In this document: piece by piece, positions 24,801-34,500 of the stretch
Numbering within the stretch: position 1 is the first letter of the stretch
Layout: each line of letters starts with the position of its first letter
NCBI RefSeq assembly: GCF_036321535.1
Contig: NC_087437.1
Span: 111,850,001-111,914,000, forward strand
Direction of reading: 5' to 3'
Source of the DNA: Camelus dromedarius
Lineage: Eukaryota
DNA length: 64,000 nt
Program-made: the position numbers and the translations under genes
The notes under the pieces: generated by a model
Databases searched by the model: none
Told to the model about the DNA's origin: nothing
What the model saw: the letters and a program-made list of their open reading frames with translations, nothing else

Positions 24801-27800
24801 TAAAGCATTTGAAAAGGCTCCGCCAGCTTTTGGCTTTTCTTCCTCCTTCTCGCTTTCCATATCCATTTCATCTTCCCCATGTTCACTGATGATAATTCCA
24901 TCTTCTTGATTGGTGTCCTTAACATGACCTGTTTTGTCCAAAGGTGGTTCGTCTACATTTTTGAAAAAAGTAATTAAAATATATTTAAAACAAAATCCAC
25001 AGATTAAGGAGATACTCTTTCTCCTATTATGGGCTTGATTCATTAAAGCCTGAATTACTTTAATTGTTTATAAAAAAATTCAAATTACTGATGTGTGAAA
25101 ATGAAATACCATAATAGACACAATTGAGAGGTAAAAATAACAGGGGAAACGGATGCATGAGGCCCTGCTCAACCCCTAGCTCTAGTTAATTTTATCAAAA
25201 TGTTACTAGTTTATCAAAACTAACCGTTCCTTCCTCTAAATTCCCATAGGTAACTGTCTGTACCTCTTGGAAGCATTATTTCACTTTATGTCATTAATTC
25301 ATTAAACTCTTAAGCCCATTCAAGGCAGCTTTCTATCAAGAATGAAGATTAAAGACCAGATAAACCTCTCTGTAGTGAACACTTACAGGTTATCTTCTAA
25401 GTTCACAACCATTTGTCACCTATCACCTTAAGGGGTGAGACCCAAACATCACAGTTACACTGTACAAAACTCTGACTCCACTGCATGACCAAAGAGCGGA
25501 TTGTGTTATGTTTTAAGAGTGAATTTGTGACTGAACCTAATCTTTCTGGGAATCTGGAACTGGGACACAGAAACAAGTCAGAGACACCAGGTGGTACTAA
25601 AAATCACATGCAAACTAGGAAGGGAGCTGTGGAGTAGCCCTACGGACAGAGAAGAGAACTAATTCTCAGGACGTTCCTGAAACCAGTTTCAAGACTGCTT
25701 TCCTGCCACAGGGTTCCGGGAGGCACCACTTGGTTTTACTTTACACCAAGTGGTTTACTTTATTTGTAATTAAACAGTCCTATTACTACCTTCCAACCCA
25801 GGCAAAAGTCAGAAAGTGTTTTCCACCTTGAAGCACTGAACCTAACAATGTACACAACAGGCAGAGTGAATATAATGAAACAGTAAAACAAAAGTTCATT
25901 CTAAATATGAAAGGTGTACTTCTGTTGTGTCCCTAGAATGTTTCCTTCCCAAAAACTGCTTCAAAAATTCTCAATTCTTCTCAAACCATATTCTACTTCC
26001 CTAAAGAATTCCAGGGATAATTACCACCACCACCACCCCTCCTTAACTTTGCTGATAAGATTTAGATCACTGTTTTAGGCTCTCTCACTTTATCAGACAT
26101 ATAAAGACAGATGGTGTCAAGAACCACCCATTTCCTTCTGCTCTAAATCTAACTAAATCAATGGCTTTTAATAGACAAAACAGAACTTCGAAAGTTTTAC
26201 AAGATCAGATATTCCCGGATAATGATTTCTGCAGTCTTAAAAGACTCACTATCTCAACAAGTTCCCAAGTATTTGCTTATGATTGAGCATACACAAGTCT
26301 AAAATACGGTGACAGCTGAAATTTTTGTTAGTTGTCAGGCATTTTCCTTCCAGACATCTTTATATGAAAGAGATGCTAAATAACCTTTTTCTAGGCTACT
26401 CTTGTGCCTCAATTTCTTTGACTACTATTTTAGCAAACTTGCTCTCACAAATATTCTCTTTACTTTGAATTTGGTCAGGCCCTCCCTCTCCACTCTTCTG
26501 TCTACAGACACAGGCTTCTCTTTACCAACAGAACTTCTACTTGATTCCAGTTGTCTCTCTAGCTATTATCCTCTACTTCTCTCTCTGCCCAGCTTCCCAA
26601 AGCAGCAGTGTGGACCTGCTCCCTACGACTTTCTCACCAATCTGCACACCTGAACACTGGCAAATGGCCTTTGATTTCTCCCATTCCACGCTCACCAGTT
26701 AACTCAAAAGCTGCACCCACAGCTAATTCACACAGTATCACTGAGCAATTTAGCAAAGATGTTCCTTCCTCCCAACAGGCGCACAGCCTGGCTAGTAAAC
26801 TAGCCTCTTTTGCCAGATGCCCTCCTTCAGAAAAAAACGTAGCAACCCTGGCAATAGCCCTTCCTCAGCCTTAACTTGTCCTGACCTTTCCGGTACTATT
26901 TCATATAACTGACAATCATCACCCTGAAACTTTCCTATCTTTTCTCCTTTGGACTTTATGATTCTTTCCTCTCTTCAGCAAATCCTCTTCTCTATGTAAC
27001 ACTTATTATAGGCAGAAGTCTTTGGTTCAAAGGAATTTTTCTTTTATGCTATTCCTTTATCAATTTCATTTACTTTTGGTTTTAATTATCACCTCAATGT
27101 ACCTAAATCTACATCTCCAACTATTCACTGGCTCAAATCAAGCCAGTGATTCAACTTGAACTCAAATTCAAGTTTAAAAGTGAACTCACCACTGTAGGAA
27201 TATCACAAAATAGGTTTTCCAAGTTGATACTCCCCTAGTTTTCAAATCAATGCACCTCTGCCTATCTCAGGAAGGTTGGGGTAGGAAGAGTTCAGGACTG
27301 TGAGTTGATTAATGAAAGAGCTCCAGAGAACCAACGCTTCAGGGATGACAACTTATAATACAGAGGCTCTACCTTTGGGGAGGACATTAACTGAGTTATC
27401 TGGTGAGTGGAAAATCGGTTTTATGAAAGCAGAAGACAGAGAAGGTCACAGAAGGTGGCCTCATAAACCTCTTATTTGCTTTAATTTCTAAACTCAACAC
27501 TGAATGATCCTTTCTCGATTCTCACTTTTCCTGATCTTTCTTATATGATTTCATCATACACAGCTGCTTCTCAAATGGTTTGGAAAAACTGAAGCAGCTT
27601 CCCAGACTCCAAAATAATCAGTTCCCCTAAAAATACTCCTCCTCCCACCTGCATTCCCTATTTCTGTATGTAATATATAATTATTCACTCAGTCACCTGG
27701 CACAAAAGCTCAAATTTGACTATTTCTTTTCAACCCAATAGCTAAAGCACTCAAGTCGACCAATCCTTCCCTTGGAATACTTCTCAAATAATCCCTTTTT

Positions 27801-30800
27801 TTTCCATTTCTCTTCCCACACCCATAATAAACATTTTTAACTCATCCACGATTTCCAACTGAGTCAGGAAAAGCCTCAGTCTTGCTCAACTGAGACCTTT
27901 TTAAACCCACTATTAATGGATCAAAGCTGGCCCTTGCATTTAACCTGCTTTACGCCTCCAGTCTCTCCTTGTGCCAATCCATGCTGCATGCTAATACCAG
28001 GTTAAGGTTTCAAAAGGCATTTGTCATGTCACCATCTCAGCAGGTCACTGAATACAGCCAACTCTAAACCCCTTACTACATACTAAACATCCTTCACAAT
28101 CTGTCAACAACGTACCTTTCACCCTAAACCTCTGCTTCCTCCACAAATCATCTATTTTGGCCACCAGGTGTACTTACTCCTTTCCAAAGCAGCCTAAGTC
28201 ACTTTAATCTTAGGTAATATCCCCATACACCCCCTAGTTTTTGGAATTCAAATTATCAAAGATCCAGCTTCAAATTCTACTTTATCTATAAGACATTCCT
28301 TGACCCACCTCTTTAAAAAGAAAGTGGTTAACCTTTAAGTCACTCATTGGACATTTTGCCAAACACTGGGGTCCAGTTATACATTTAAGTGATGCTGTCT
28401 CCAAAATTAGATTGTAAATTTGAGATATAATGATACACTTTTTCACATTAAGCCTGTAGTGGAAAACCTAGGAAACAATAATTTTACCTTGAATTACATT
28501 AAAGAAAGATTTCCCTAAAGCATTTGCATGAGAGTAACTAAGACCACAGCATATTATAATGAAACGACTTTCCTAAGGACAAATAACTGCTTAAAAATTT
28601 TAACTGAGGTTGTGAGAGGAAGCAAGAGATATCTATACAATGTAGGCAAGCACCATCCACTGAGGAGTCTTCATCTGCGTATCTGACAAGGCTGCTGAAT
28701 GGGAGTATTATCAACATTAGACCTAGGACATTCCTAAAAATTCCCTAAGAATTAAACCAACTGTGTAAGTAACACCAAAGAAACTGAAAACTTGTCTCAG
28801 CAAAGTACTTTTACAGGAATTTGCACAGTACTACTTCAAATAGGAATAAACCTGAGTCTCAGGTTTAAGTGGGAAACCTCCTTTCTCTGTCCAACAGGAA
28901 TCTGAACACAAGTGAAAAAAAAAAAAAAAACCAGGAGAAGATTTAGTCATTGTAGCAGAAACATTCCAGTGGCAATGGTTCAATCTTTTGAAAAAAACGC
29001 ACTTACAATGCAATTGTGTTAAATAAAAGAACTCAATCATCACTCAACTTTGAGTCTTGACAAAGACAAAGTCAAATGAACAAGTTCACTATATATACCA
29101 AACCCATTCAATTTCTATGAGAGAGTTTCATTTTGTCATTTCAAAAGAATTTTATTAGTTTGACTTACTGTCAGCTGATGAGTTGAGTTCTGTCTTAATC
29201 TTCGATTTTTCAAGATCTTCTTTATATTCTTTCTTAAGCAATTTTACTATCTTTTTGCTATAACTTGATTTCTTCACTTTGAAAACTTCTTCATTTTCTT
29301 AAAAAAAGAAATTAAATGAAGTCTGTAGCAACCATTTTCAGACACTATCTTCCATTTTAACTTTAAAATTTAAAAAGTGTACATACTCATAGTCCAAATC
29401 ACTACATAATATGAAGTTATTTCAAATCTGTCATAGGCTCTCAAAAACTGAGTCAACTTCTTAATTTGCAATAATGTCAAGTTGAGACTTTTAAAAAGGT
29501 GTAACACATGTAACTGAACAAAATTTTCCTGTCTCTTACTGTCTCCTTAAATCATATATTTCAGGAGGAAAAAAAATTATTGAAAAAGCACCTAGTCATC
29601 AAATTCTTAAGGAATATGAAACAAAATATCCAAAATCAAAAGGTGCCAGTTAACAGAGCTGTCAAGTCTGAGTAACTCTCTTTGATTATAAAGTGACATG
29701 TTGTTATTTCAAAGACTAAATGAGGACTAATCACTTTTCAAAAGTAAATTTTAATGACGTATCCATCAACTTCGATTCAAAAAATTTTAAATCAAACACA
29801 CTTTACCAAACTGCCCCTATATCCTCAAAAACAAAAATGTGGCTGTACTCCTCTCAAACTTGAAATAAAAAATAACAGAAAGGCCAAAGAGAAACTCCCT
29901 ATTACTGGAAACAAGAAAGTATCATGCATCAAGACGCAAGAGTGGTTTCCAAAAAATTTTAATTTCTTTTTGCGTAAAGTGGACTTAATTGAATTATATA
30001 AAAACACACTGAGCACTTCTAGAAATAAAATGGTTTAAGGCTCATTTATGATCAGAAACCTAAATCCACTGCAGCCTGGCCCCTCACACCGGATTGGACA
30101 AATTGCTTTCAATTACCATTACACCTCTTCATTGTCCAAATGTCAATGCAAGGAAAGCCACATATTTGCAGCTCTATTCACTTTTCGGGGAAACTGAGGC
30201 TCAGCCATCGCAGGGGACTGGCCCAAGGTCAACCAGAACCAGAACTTCAACTCCAGGCTTCTGTTCCCAGACTTAGTACTACTCTTCACAAACCCGGCCT
30301 TCTTGATCAAGAATGTCTGACCAAGACCAGGATGCCAAGAGGCGTGGGCACTGTGACCTGCACAGGGCTCAAGGAACGTGCCAAGAGCAGTCAGGACACT
30401 CAAGTTCTCCCTAAAACACACCCGCCAGGAAAGAGATAGGGCAGGGGACACTGAATTTCCACTTGAAAAACCCAGAATGACTGATCTGAGACCGGGCCCC
30501 TCAGAATAAGAAATGCACGGGAGGACGGTGAAGAGGAGGCGGTAGTTAAGAAAAGGCTGGTGGCGGCGCGGGAACGCGTTCCCTGCCGGAGCAGAAGGCC
30601 GGAGGCGGGGAAAACTATGCAGCAAGTCGGGCGGGAAGGGGATCGGTTCCCGGGGGCTGACGCTGGGAGTGCAGGGAATGTGGGCACCCGAGGTGGGTCC
30701 AAGCGCCGCAGTTACCTTCGTCCTCGTCCTGGAAGCTGAGCAGGCTGGCCCGGGGCACCTCTTTGTTCTCTCGCTGTCTCTTGCGCGGCTTCAGCCCGTT

Positions 30801-31058
30801 GCCAGGCTCTGCGCCGCCCGGGAAACAGCCCCCAGCCTCAATCCCGGGGCCCGGGGTCAGCGCGGAAGGCGGTGGCAGCCCCGGGCCCAGCAGCGACTCC
30901 CCCCCGGGGGCCCTGTCGCCGCCGCCGGGGCCCGGCTCTTCGCCAGTGCCCGGTGGCGGCAACAACGGCGGCGGCTCCTGCTCCTCGTCACGCTCTCGCT
31001 CCTCCTCCTCCGAGTCATTCCGCTTGCGCACGTTCACTCGCCGGGCCTTTCGGAACAT
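722..31058 (-). CDS. PAXBP1: PAX3- and PAX7-binding protein 1 (GCFC1; GCFC/Ntr2-related splicing-associated factor), 18 coding exons, 917 aa (span of spliced CDS)
   Basis: Manually spliced exons translate to MFRKARRVNVRKRNDSEEEE...KEFKSLIEGK*, matching the known PAXBP1 protein. All 17 introns are GT-AG. Exon lengths 343+129+177+222+104+218+190+124+100+116+200+145+122+77+67+147+155+118 = 2754 nt, with consistent phases. Confidence 0.98.
1159..1217. repeat. 25-bp tandem duplication (about 2.4 copies)
   Basis: cagagYcctgcctcccattccttcc x2 plus partial cagagtcct. Confidence 0.9.
1365..1541. mobile_element. MER5A-like hAT-Charlie DNA transposon remnant
   Basis: Characteristic gtaggtctggagtggggcctgagaatctgcatttctaacaa...ccaggtgatgctgatgctgc. 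Confidence 0.8.
1807..1850. repeat. 22-bp tandem duplication
   Basis: agtaaatRggatctatctagta x2. Confidence 0.85.
2518..2682 (-). mobile_element. tRNA-derived SINE (camelid Vic-1 type) with 13-bp TSD
   Basis: Minus strand ggggagggtacagcttagtggtagagtgcatgcc...ggattcaatccccagtac with A-rich tail; TSD tccatgacattct at 2505-2517 and 2683-2695. Confidence 0.88.
3004..3158 (-). CDS. PAXBP1: PAXBP1 exon 17 (155 nt)
   Basis: tcatag|GTAATCAAT (VINCFPKQWFMNLKGERT...DVEKRNA); donor AAG|GTAATT. Confidence 0.96.
3895..4395 (+). mobile_element. Old L1 (L1MC-like) 3' fragment
   Basis: aatctaatcatgag...cagacaaacccaaattgagggacattcta motif typical of L1MC 3' ends; boundaries approximate. Confidence 0.65.
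4801..4947 (-). CDS. PAXBP1: PAXBP1 exon 16 (147 nt)
   Basis: ttctag|CTCTTAGGG (LLGNFLQWYGIFSNKTLQELSIDGLLNRY...KKAQN); donor AAT|GTGAGT. Confidence 0.96.
4967..5329 (-). mobile_element. L1 3'-end fragment abutting the exon 16 acceptor
   Basis: Reverse-complemented L1MA-type 3' end (tgacatataattgacat...aatgatttgata...caaatatacaatacagtattgttaa...tttgtaccttttga). Confidence 0.75.
6190..6415. mobile_element. MIR SINE remnant
   Basis: ctgggcaggttattctgtgcctc...ctcacagggctgttgtgaggattca...ggcacataataaat core similarity. Confidence 0.6.
6530..6960 (+). mobile_element. L1 ORF2 3' fragment (decayed)
   Basis: caactgattttcaacaaa...aaaatttaactcaaaatg...ggcaaagatttcttagatatgaca...ttggacttcatcaaaat; ORF 6597-6848 resembles the L1 ORF2 C-terminus. 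Confidence 0.8.
7639..7705 (-). CDS. PAXBP1: PAXBP1 exon 15 (67 nt)
   Basis: ccttag|TGTCTTGGAA (VLENKNSGPYLFFQRQFWSSVK); donor AAG|GTACGT. Confidence 0.95.
7855..7983 (-). mobile_element. tRNA-derived SINE (camelid Vic-1 type)
   Basis: Minus strand ggggaggtatagcccaagtggtagagcacatgcttagc...gggttcaatccccagtacc; degenerate TSD tccagaaRaYaa. Confidence 0.85.
8229..8305 (-). CDS. PAXBP1: PAXBP1 exon 14 (77 nt)
   Basis: ctttag|GTGTACCTG (VYLKALLLRMRRTLDDDVFMPLYPK); donor AAA|GTAAGT. Confidence 0.95.
9148..9269 (-). CDS. PAXBP1: PAXBP1 exon 13 (122 nt)
   Basis: taatag|TGATAGCT (IAENMWDPFSTTQTSRMV...NKNTQ); donor CAG|GTAATT. Confidence 0.96.
9957..10101 (-). CDS. PAXBP1: PAXBP1 exon 12 (145 nt)
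   Basis: ttccag|GCTAAATGT (AKCRDFENMLWFESLLFYG...VILPKLT); donor CAG|GTAGAG. Confidence 0.96.
11145..11344 (-). CDS. PAXBP1: PAXBP1 exon 11 (200 nt)
   Basis: ttttag|ATCGCATT (RISKESSKVFEDV...LLTWTPLE); donor GAG|GTGAGT. Confidence 0.96.
11860..12660 (+). mobile_element. Old L1 (L1ME/L1MC-like) 3' fragments
   Basis: tttaatctgaatcttatcaag...gttaataccatgaggaaacagacaaatctagaatgtaggatttt...ccttatttttaggagacacatgctaaagtgtttag; boundaries approximate. Confidence 0.6.
13214..13329 (-). CDS. PAXBP1: PAXBP1 exon 10 (116 nt)
   Basis: tttag|GACTCGT (TRRRQAREQTGK...SSDDEETSTDITNFNLEK); donor AAG|GTTAGA. Confidence 0.95.
13417..13516 (-). CDS. PAXBP1: PAXBP1 exon 9 (100 nt)
   Basis: ttacag|ATAAGGCT (KALMAPNLDSFGRDRALYQEHAKRRIAEREAR); donor GAG|GTAGTT; followed by an 87-nt intron. 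Confidence 0.95.
15604..15633 (-). other. PAXBP1: Candidate 30-nt cassette microexon in PAXBP1 intron 8 (alternative donor extends it to 15579, 55 nt)
   Basis: Branch point TGACTAAT about 30 nt upstream, pyrimidine-rich tract, ccag| acceptor, donors CAG|GTAATC and GAG|GTAATT. Confidence 0.55.
16887..17010 (-). CDS. PAXBP1: PAXBP1 exon 8 (124 nt)
   Basis: ttacag|GTGCCACTG (VPLINELESAIHQLYKQR...SEFSSHS); weak donor CAA|GTCAGT keeps frame with exon 9. Confidence 0.94.
17934..18048 (-). other. PAXBP1: Candidate 115-nt poison (PTC) cassette exon in PAXBP1 intron 7
   Basis: cctgcctttttttatttccatttgcag| acceptor and CAG|GTATGT donor; in frame with exon 7 it reads SVQFRKLL*. Confidence 0.72.
20733..20922 (-). 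CDS. PAXBP1: PAXBP1 exon 7 (190 nt)
   Basis: cttaag|GTTGGAC (LDSMKELHKT...LLECFSEK); donor AAG|GTAAGA. Confidence 0.96.
21431..21648 (-). CDS. PAXBP1: PAXBP1 exon 6 (218 nt)
   Basis: ttctag|GTTCAAGCA (VQASQPTEVNMYYQNTY...KKQLKDR); donor CAG|GTAGGG. Confidence 0.96.
22117..22293. mobile_element. MER5A-like DNA transposon remnant
   Basis: cagtggtcctcatacttgagtgagcatcagaatcacc...catttctaacaagcttccagatgatgctgatgctg. Confidence 0.8.
22472..22575 (-). CDS. PAXBP1: PAXBP1 exon 5 (104 nt)
   Basis: tgtag|GTATTGAG (IEGSDDDALVTGEQDEELSRWEQEQIRKGINIPQ); donor CAG|GTAAGA. Confidence 0.96.
23137..23358 (-). CDS. PAXBP1: PAXBP1 exon 4 (222 nt)
   Basis: ttccag|GAGAAATT (EIPDAAFIHAARKKRQ...KIAEEI); donor TAG|GTAACT. 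Confidence 0.96.
24776..24952 (-). CDS. PAXBP1: PAXBP1 exon 3 (177 nt)
   Basis: tgtag|ACGAACCA (EPPLDKTGHVKD...LNVLRP); donor CAG|GTGTGT. Confidence 0.94.
29169..29297 (-). CDS. PAXBP1: PAXBP1 exon 2 (129 nt)
   Basis: ttttttaag|AAAATGAAGAAG (ENEEVFKVKKSSYSKK...ELNSSAD); donor ACA|GTAAGT. Confidence 0.95.
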
Positions 31059-31570
31059 TCCTGTGGCCCGAACGGAGGTCTCACACCCGATCCTACACCG
31101 CGGCTCCGGCAACACCGAGCTCGCGACGGCGCACGCGCGCTCTCCGGAGCTCCAGCCGGGTCCGGTCTTCCCTCCAGCTACCGCGCTCCACTGAGTGCGC
31201 ATGCGCTCCCGCTCTCACTACTTGGAGAGATCTCCGCGCCTCTCGCGAGAGTGTCAGCTTTTTGCACCGTCCTCTGCCGGCGTGGAAGACTATTGGCACG
31301 AAACTCTGTGACTCCAATGCTATCTGACAGGTCACAAAGAGGATCATAGAGATGAGAGGAAAGAGTAAACCCTGCCGTTCCTCAGCCCAGGGTGCTGCAG
31401 TGCGTCTTCCGCGCTTACGCAGAGTGTTCACGCGAGGAAACCTCCCGCCAAGCGCTGGGAGGGGCAGGTAGGGGAGGAGAGGAGGGGAAGGGGGAGGAGC
31501 GGGAGAAGGGGGAGGAGCTAGAAGGTGCAGCCAGGTTTGATGAGCGAAAGTGCTGCCCCGACGGTGAGGT
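30490..31570. promoter_or_regulatory. CpG island / PAXBP1 promoter (likely bidirectional)
   Basis: Dense CpG and high GC over exon 1; NRF1 motif TGCGCATGCGC 31196-31206; TCTCGCGAGA 31241-31250; ATTGG/CCAAT near 31292 and 31314. Confidence 0.9.
30716..31058 (-). CDS. PAXBP1: PAXBP1 coding exon 1 (343 nt)
   Basis: ATG at 31058; MFRKARRV...SLLSFQDEDE; donor GAAG|GTAACT. Confidence 0.96.
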
Positions 31571-34500
31571 GGTCTTCTTGAGACTCTAAACTGAGGTGTG
31601 AAATGATAGTTATTATTAACTCTATTTGAGTAACACTTAGTATTTCTACAGCTTTATGGCTACAGAGCACTTCCAAAAATACTGAATTTTATTTATGAGA
31701 AAATGTTACCTGGCCTGATATTTTAGCCCCCTTCCCTTTATTACACTGAAAGCAAAAGTGTTTTTGAAAGAATGCCAAGTTTGCTAGGCAGTTCCGAAAC
31801 ATGGCTGATTTCAGAAACAAACGGAAGGAGAAATCAGCTCGAGGGGTGGGGATGGTTGTGACACTTTTCAGACTCGTGTCACAGAGATAACAATCTTAAC
31901 GGGCAAGGGCGAGGAACCGCTTATCTGAAGTTGAACTCACAGGCTTTCTCGTTGTATAACCAAATCTAGGGCCTTTTCCTTCACCTGTGTGCGTATATGC
32001 AAATTACTTTTCATGTCTCAAAATTCAGAAGGTAACAAAGCGCATTCATATAGTGAAAAAAACCCACAGGCCTCTAGAAGCCTTCCAGTTCAGTGGCAAT
32101 GTTAAAAGTTTCTCATGATCCTCCAGAGATATTCTACGAACATAAAAGCAAATATGTATATTTTTATGAGTTACCTTTTTTACACAGTATGTAAATGCTG
32201 TATTTTTAATCTAACATAAATTGAAGGTCAGTTCATATCTGTACATAGTGTGGTTTCTTTTATCCAGCTGCATAGTGATCCATTGGTAGACTGTACTGTA
32301 ATTTAACCAAGCCCAAAATATTGGTATTAAGGTTTTTTCCTGTCTTGCTGTAATAATCAATGCCGCAATGAAAAGCTTCAAAAAATGGTCACTAGTGAAG
32401 AACCTAGGTTTGAAATTGCTGAATCCAAACTGTTCATTTGTAATTGTGCTCATTCTGAATTGCTCTTTGTAGAAGCTGCAACAATTTGTACTCTCCATCC
32501 TGTCAAAATTTCACTTGATCTTTAAGTTCCAAGTTGAAGCAACAGATCCTAAACCCAAGAATCTCTGTGTCATACACATCTGCCTCTTTTCTTTGGTTTC
32601 CTTTGATTGGATTTGAGATCTGCCCACCCATGACTCACTTTTGGAAACTAGAAAGATGGTGTAGGCTGAGAGCATCCTCTGTAACATTTTCTTTCCAGTT
32701 AGTAGGGAAAGTTAATAACATCTGGCTTCCATTCTACTCTCATCACTCTTAAGTTCTTATATTCTGACAGTTCAGCATTGATTTAAGTTCTGATTCAAAC
32801 AGAGTGTTTCATTGGTGAAATTAAACTCCAGTTCCCATCACAGAAGATTCGAATTGTGTCTGATCAGCCTCTTGACACCAACTCCAGAGCCAAGACACAA
32901 ATCTGCAGTAACATGATTAGGGCAGAGGTAACAAAGATAAGGTCCCAAGCAGAATACATTAATATCTTGGCCTAAAACTTCAAAAAGATCCTCCACTGTA
33001 AAATTGGTGGTTGGCTATGAATAGAGAGGAGGACACTGTTCATTTTAAAGCAAGCCAACAAATTAAAAGACAACATGTATTTATAACTTTGACAGTCTAC
33101 CTCTTCAGATAATTGAAGGGCAAAGTTAAACACTGAAAAGTTATCTTGCTGCCAAAGGTCCTTCTAGAGGTTATAGACCTTGCAGAAATTAAATTCCTGA
33201 AACTGAATGGCTGCTTCAGTCGCCTGTCAGCCAGTATATTATCCAAAACTAATTATTTTATAGTGCTTTGAGCATTAAATGAATTTGTTTATTGAATATG
33301 CTATGTCATCACTATGTAATATTGGAGTGTTTTTAATATTCTGGGAAGACAAAGGTGCTTCCATAGAACTGTTACATCTTATCATGTTGTTTGAATCAAT
33401 CAGTTAGTTCAGTTTTTTTTTTAAATCATCCTTCCAAGCAGTAAGTCTGATTAGTTTTTTTCACCGAAAAATTATGACTTTACATTAATTGACTCATATA
33501 TTCAGACACAATAGGCAAACCAGTGTGTTTGTTTTCTTTGCCGACTCAGTACTAGACTCTGTAGTCTGGAACAGTGCAGGTCTATGAATCTGTGAAAAGT
33601 TTTCCCTAGTCAGCTGCCAAATGAGAAGAGGAAGAACAGTCTGTTCGTATAGAATAGCCAGATGTCCTTTCTTGGGGGGAAAAAGGTCCTTTATTCTGAG
33701 ATTATCTTTCCCTTTCCATGTCACTATACTAAAATCTCTTTCTTTATATGAAAGAATGATGATAATATCTGGTAGAGTGTTAGTTTGTTGTTACACCTTT
33801 ATTTGGCAAACTAAAAAGTGGTGAAAACTTTGAGTCCTCCCAAATGGTTTATTTTAGCTAAAATTTTTATTTGGCAGGCAAAATCTAGTAGTCTAGGAAG
33901 CCCTTATCTATGAATTTTTTTCTTTCTAAAACTATAACTCAATAATTCTATTCTAGGGGGCGAAAAAGCTGAAATCATTTAATTATTTAAGTAAGTTTCT
34001 TTAGACCTTGCCTTGGTGAAGGCAGCTCTACATTAACTTAAAGTGTAAGCTTCATGGGGGAGGACATTTTATGTTCTGTTCACTGCTAGCTTCACAGTAC
34101 CGACCTGGCACACAGTAGGCAATACATATCTCTCAACTGAATGGTCCTGGACATTATCTGTTTGTTTAGTTAGTGGTAAATGTTTTGCCCTATGTTGCTA
34201 TAAATCAACATTTTCTACAGCTTGTATCCTTTTATTCTCAAAACAAGATGGGAAGACATTTGTTATAAATTACTGGATAGATTAGTTCTTAAAATAGTCA
34301 TAGATACTGCCCTCTCTGCCTTTGGGAACTACGTCCTTTGGGAGAAAGGCACCCAGCCCAGCGAGGCTGGAAGCCTGGTTATACAGTGTACTAACTAGGC
34401 AGAGGATGGGCATCTGATCCAAAGGAGGCCAATCAGGTTCTACCAAGATTTTGTACTTGGAACAGAGACAGTGAGTCCCTGCTTGTGGCTGGAATTGCAA

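Noticed and set aside
30669..31349. Long + strand ORFs (226, 143 and 151 aa) over PAXBP1 exon 1
   Set aside because: Shadow ORFs of a GC-rich CpG island with low-complexity Arg/Pro/Ala/Ser translations and no recognisable domain.
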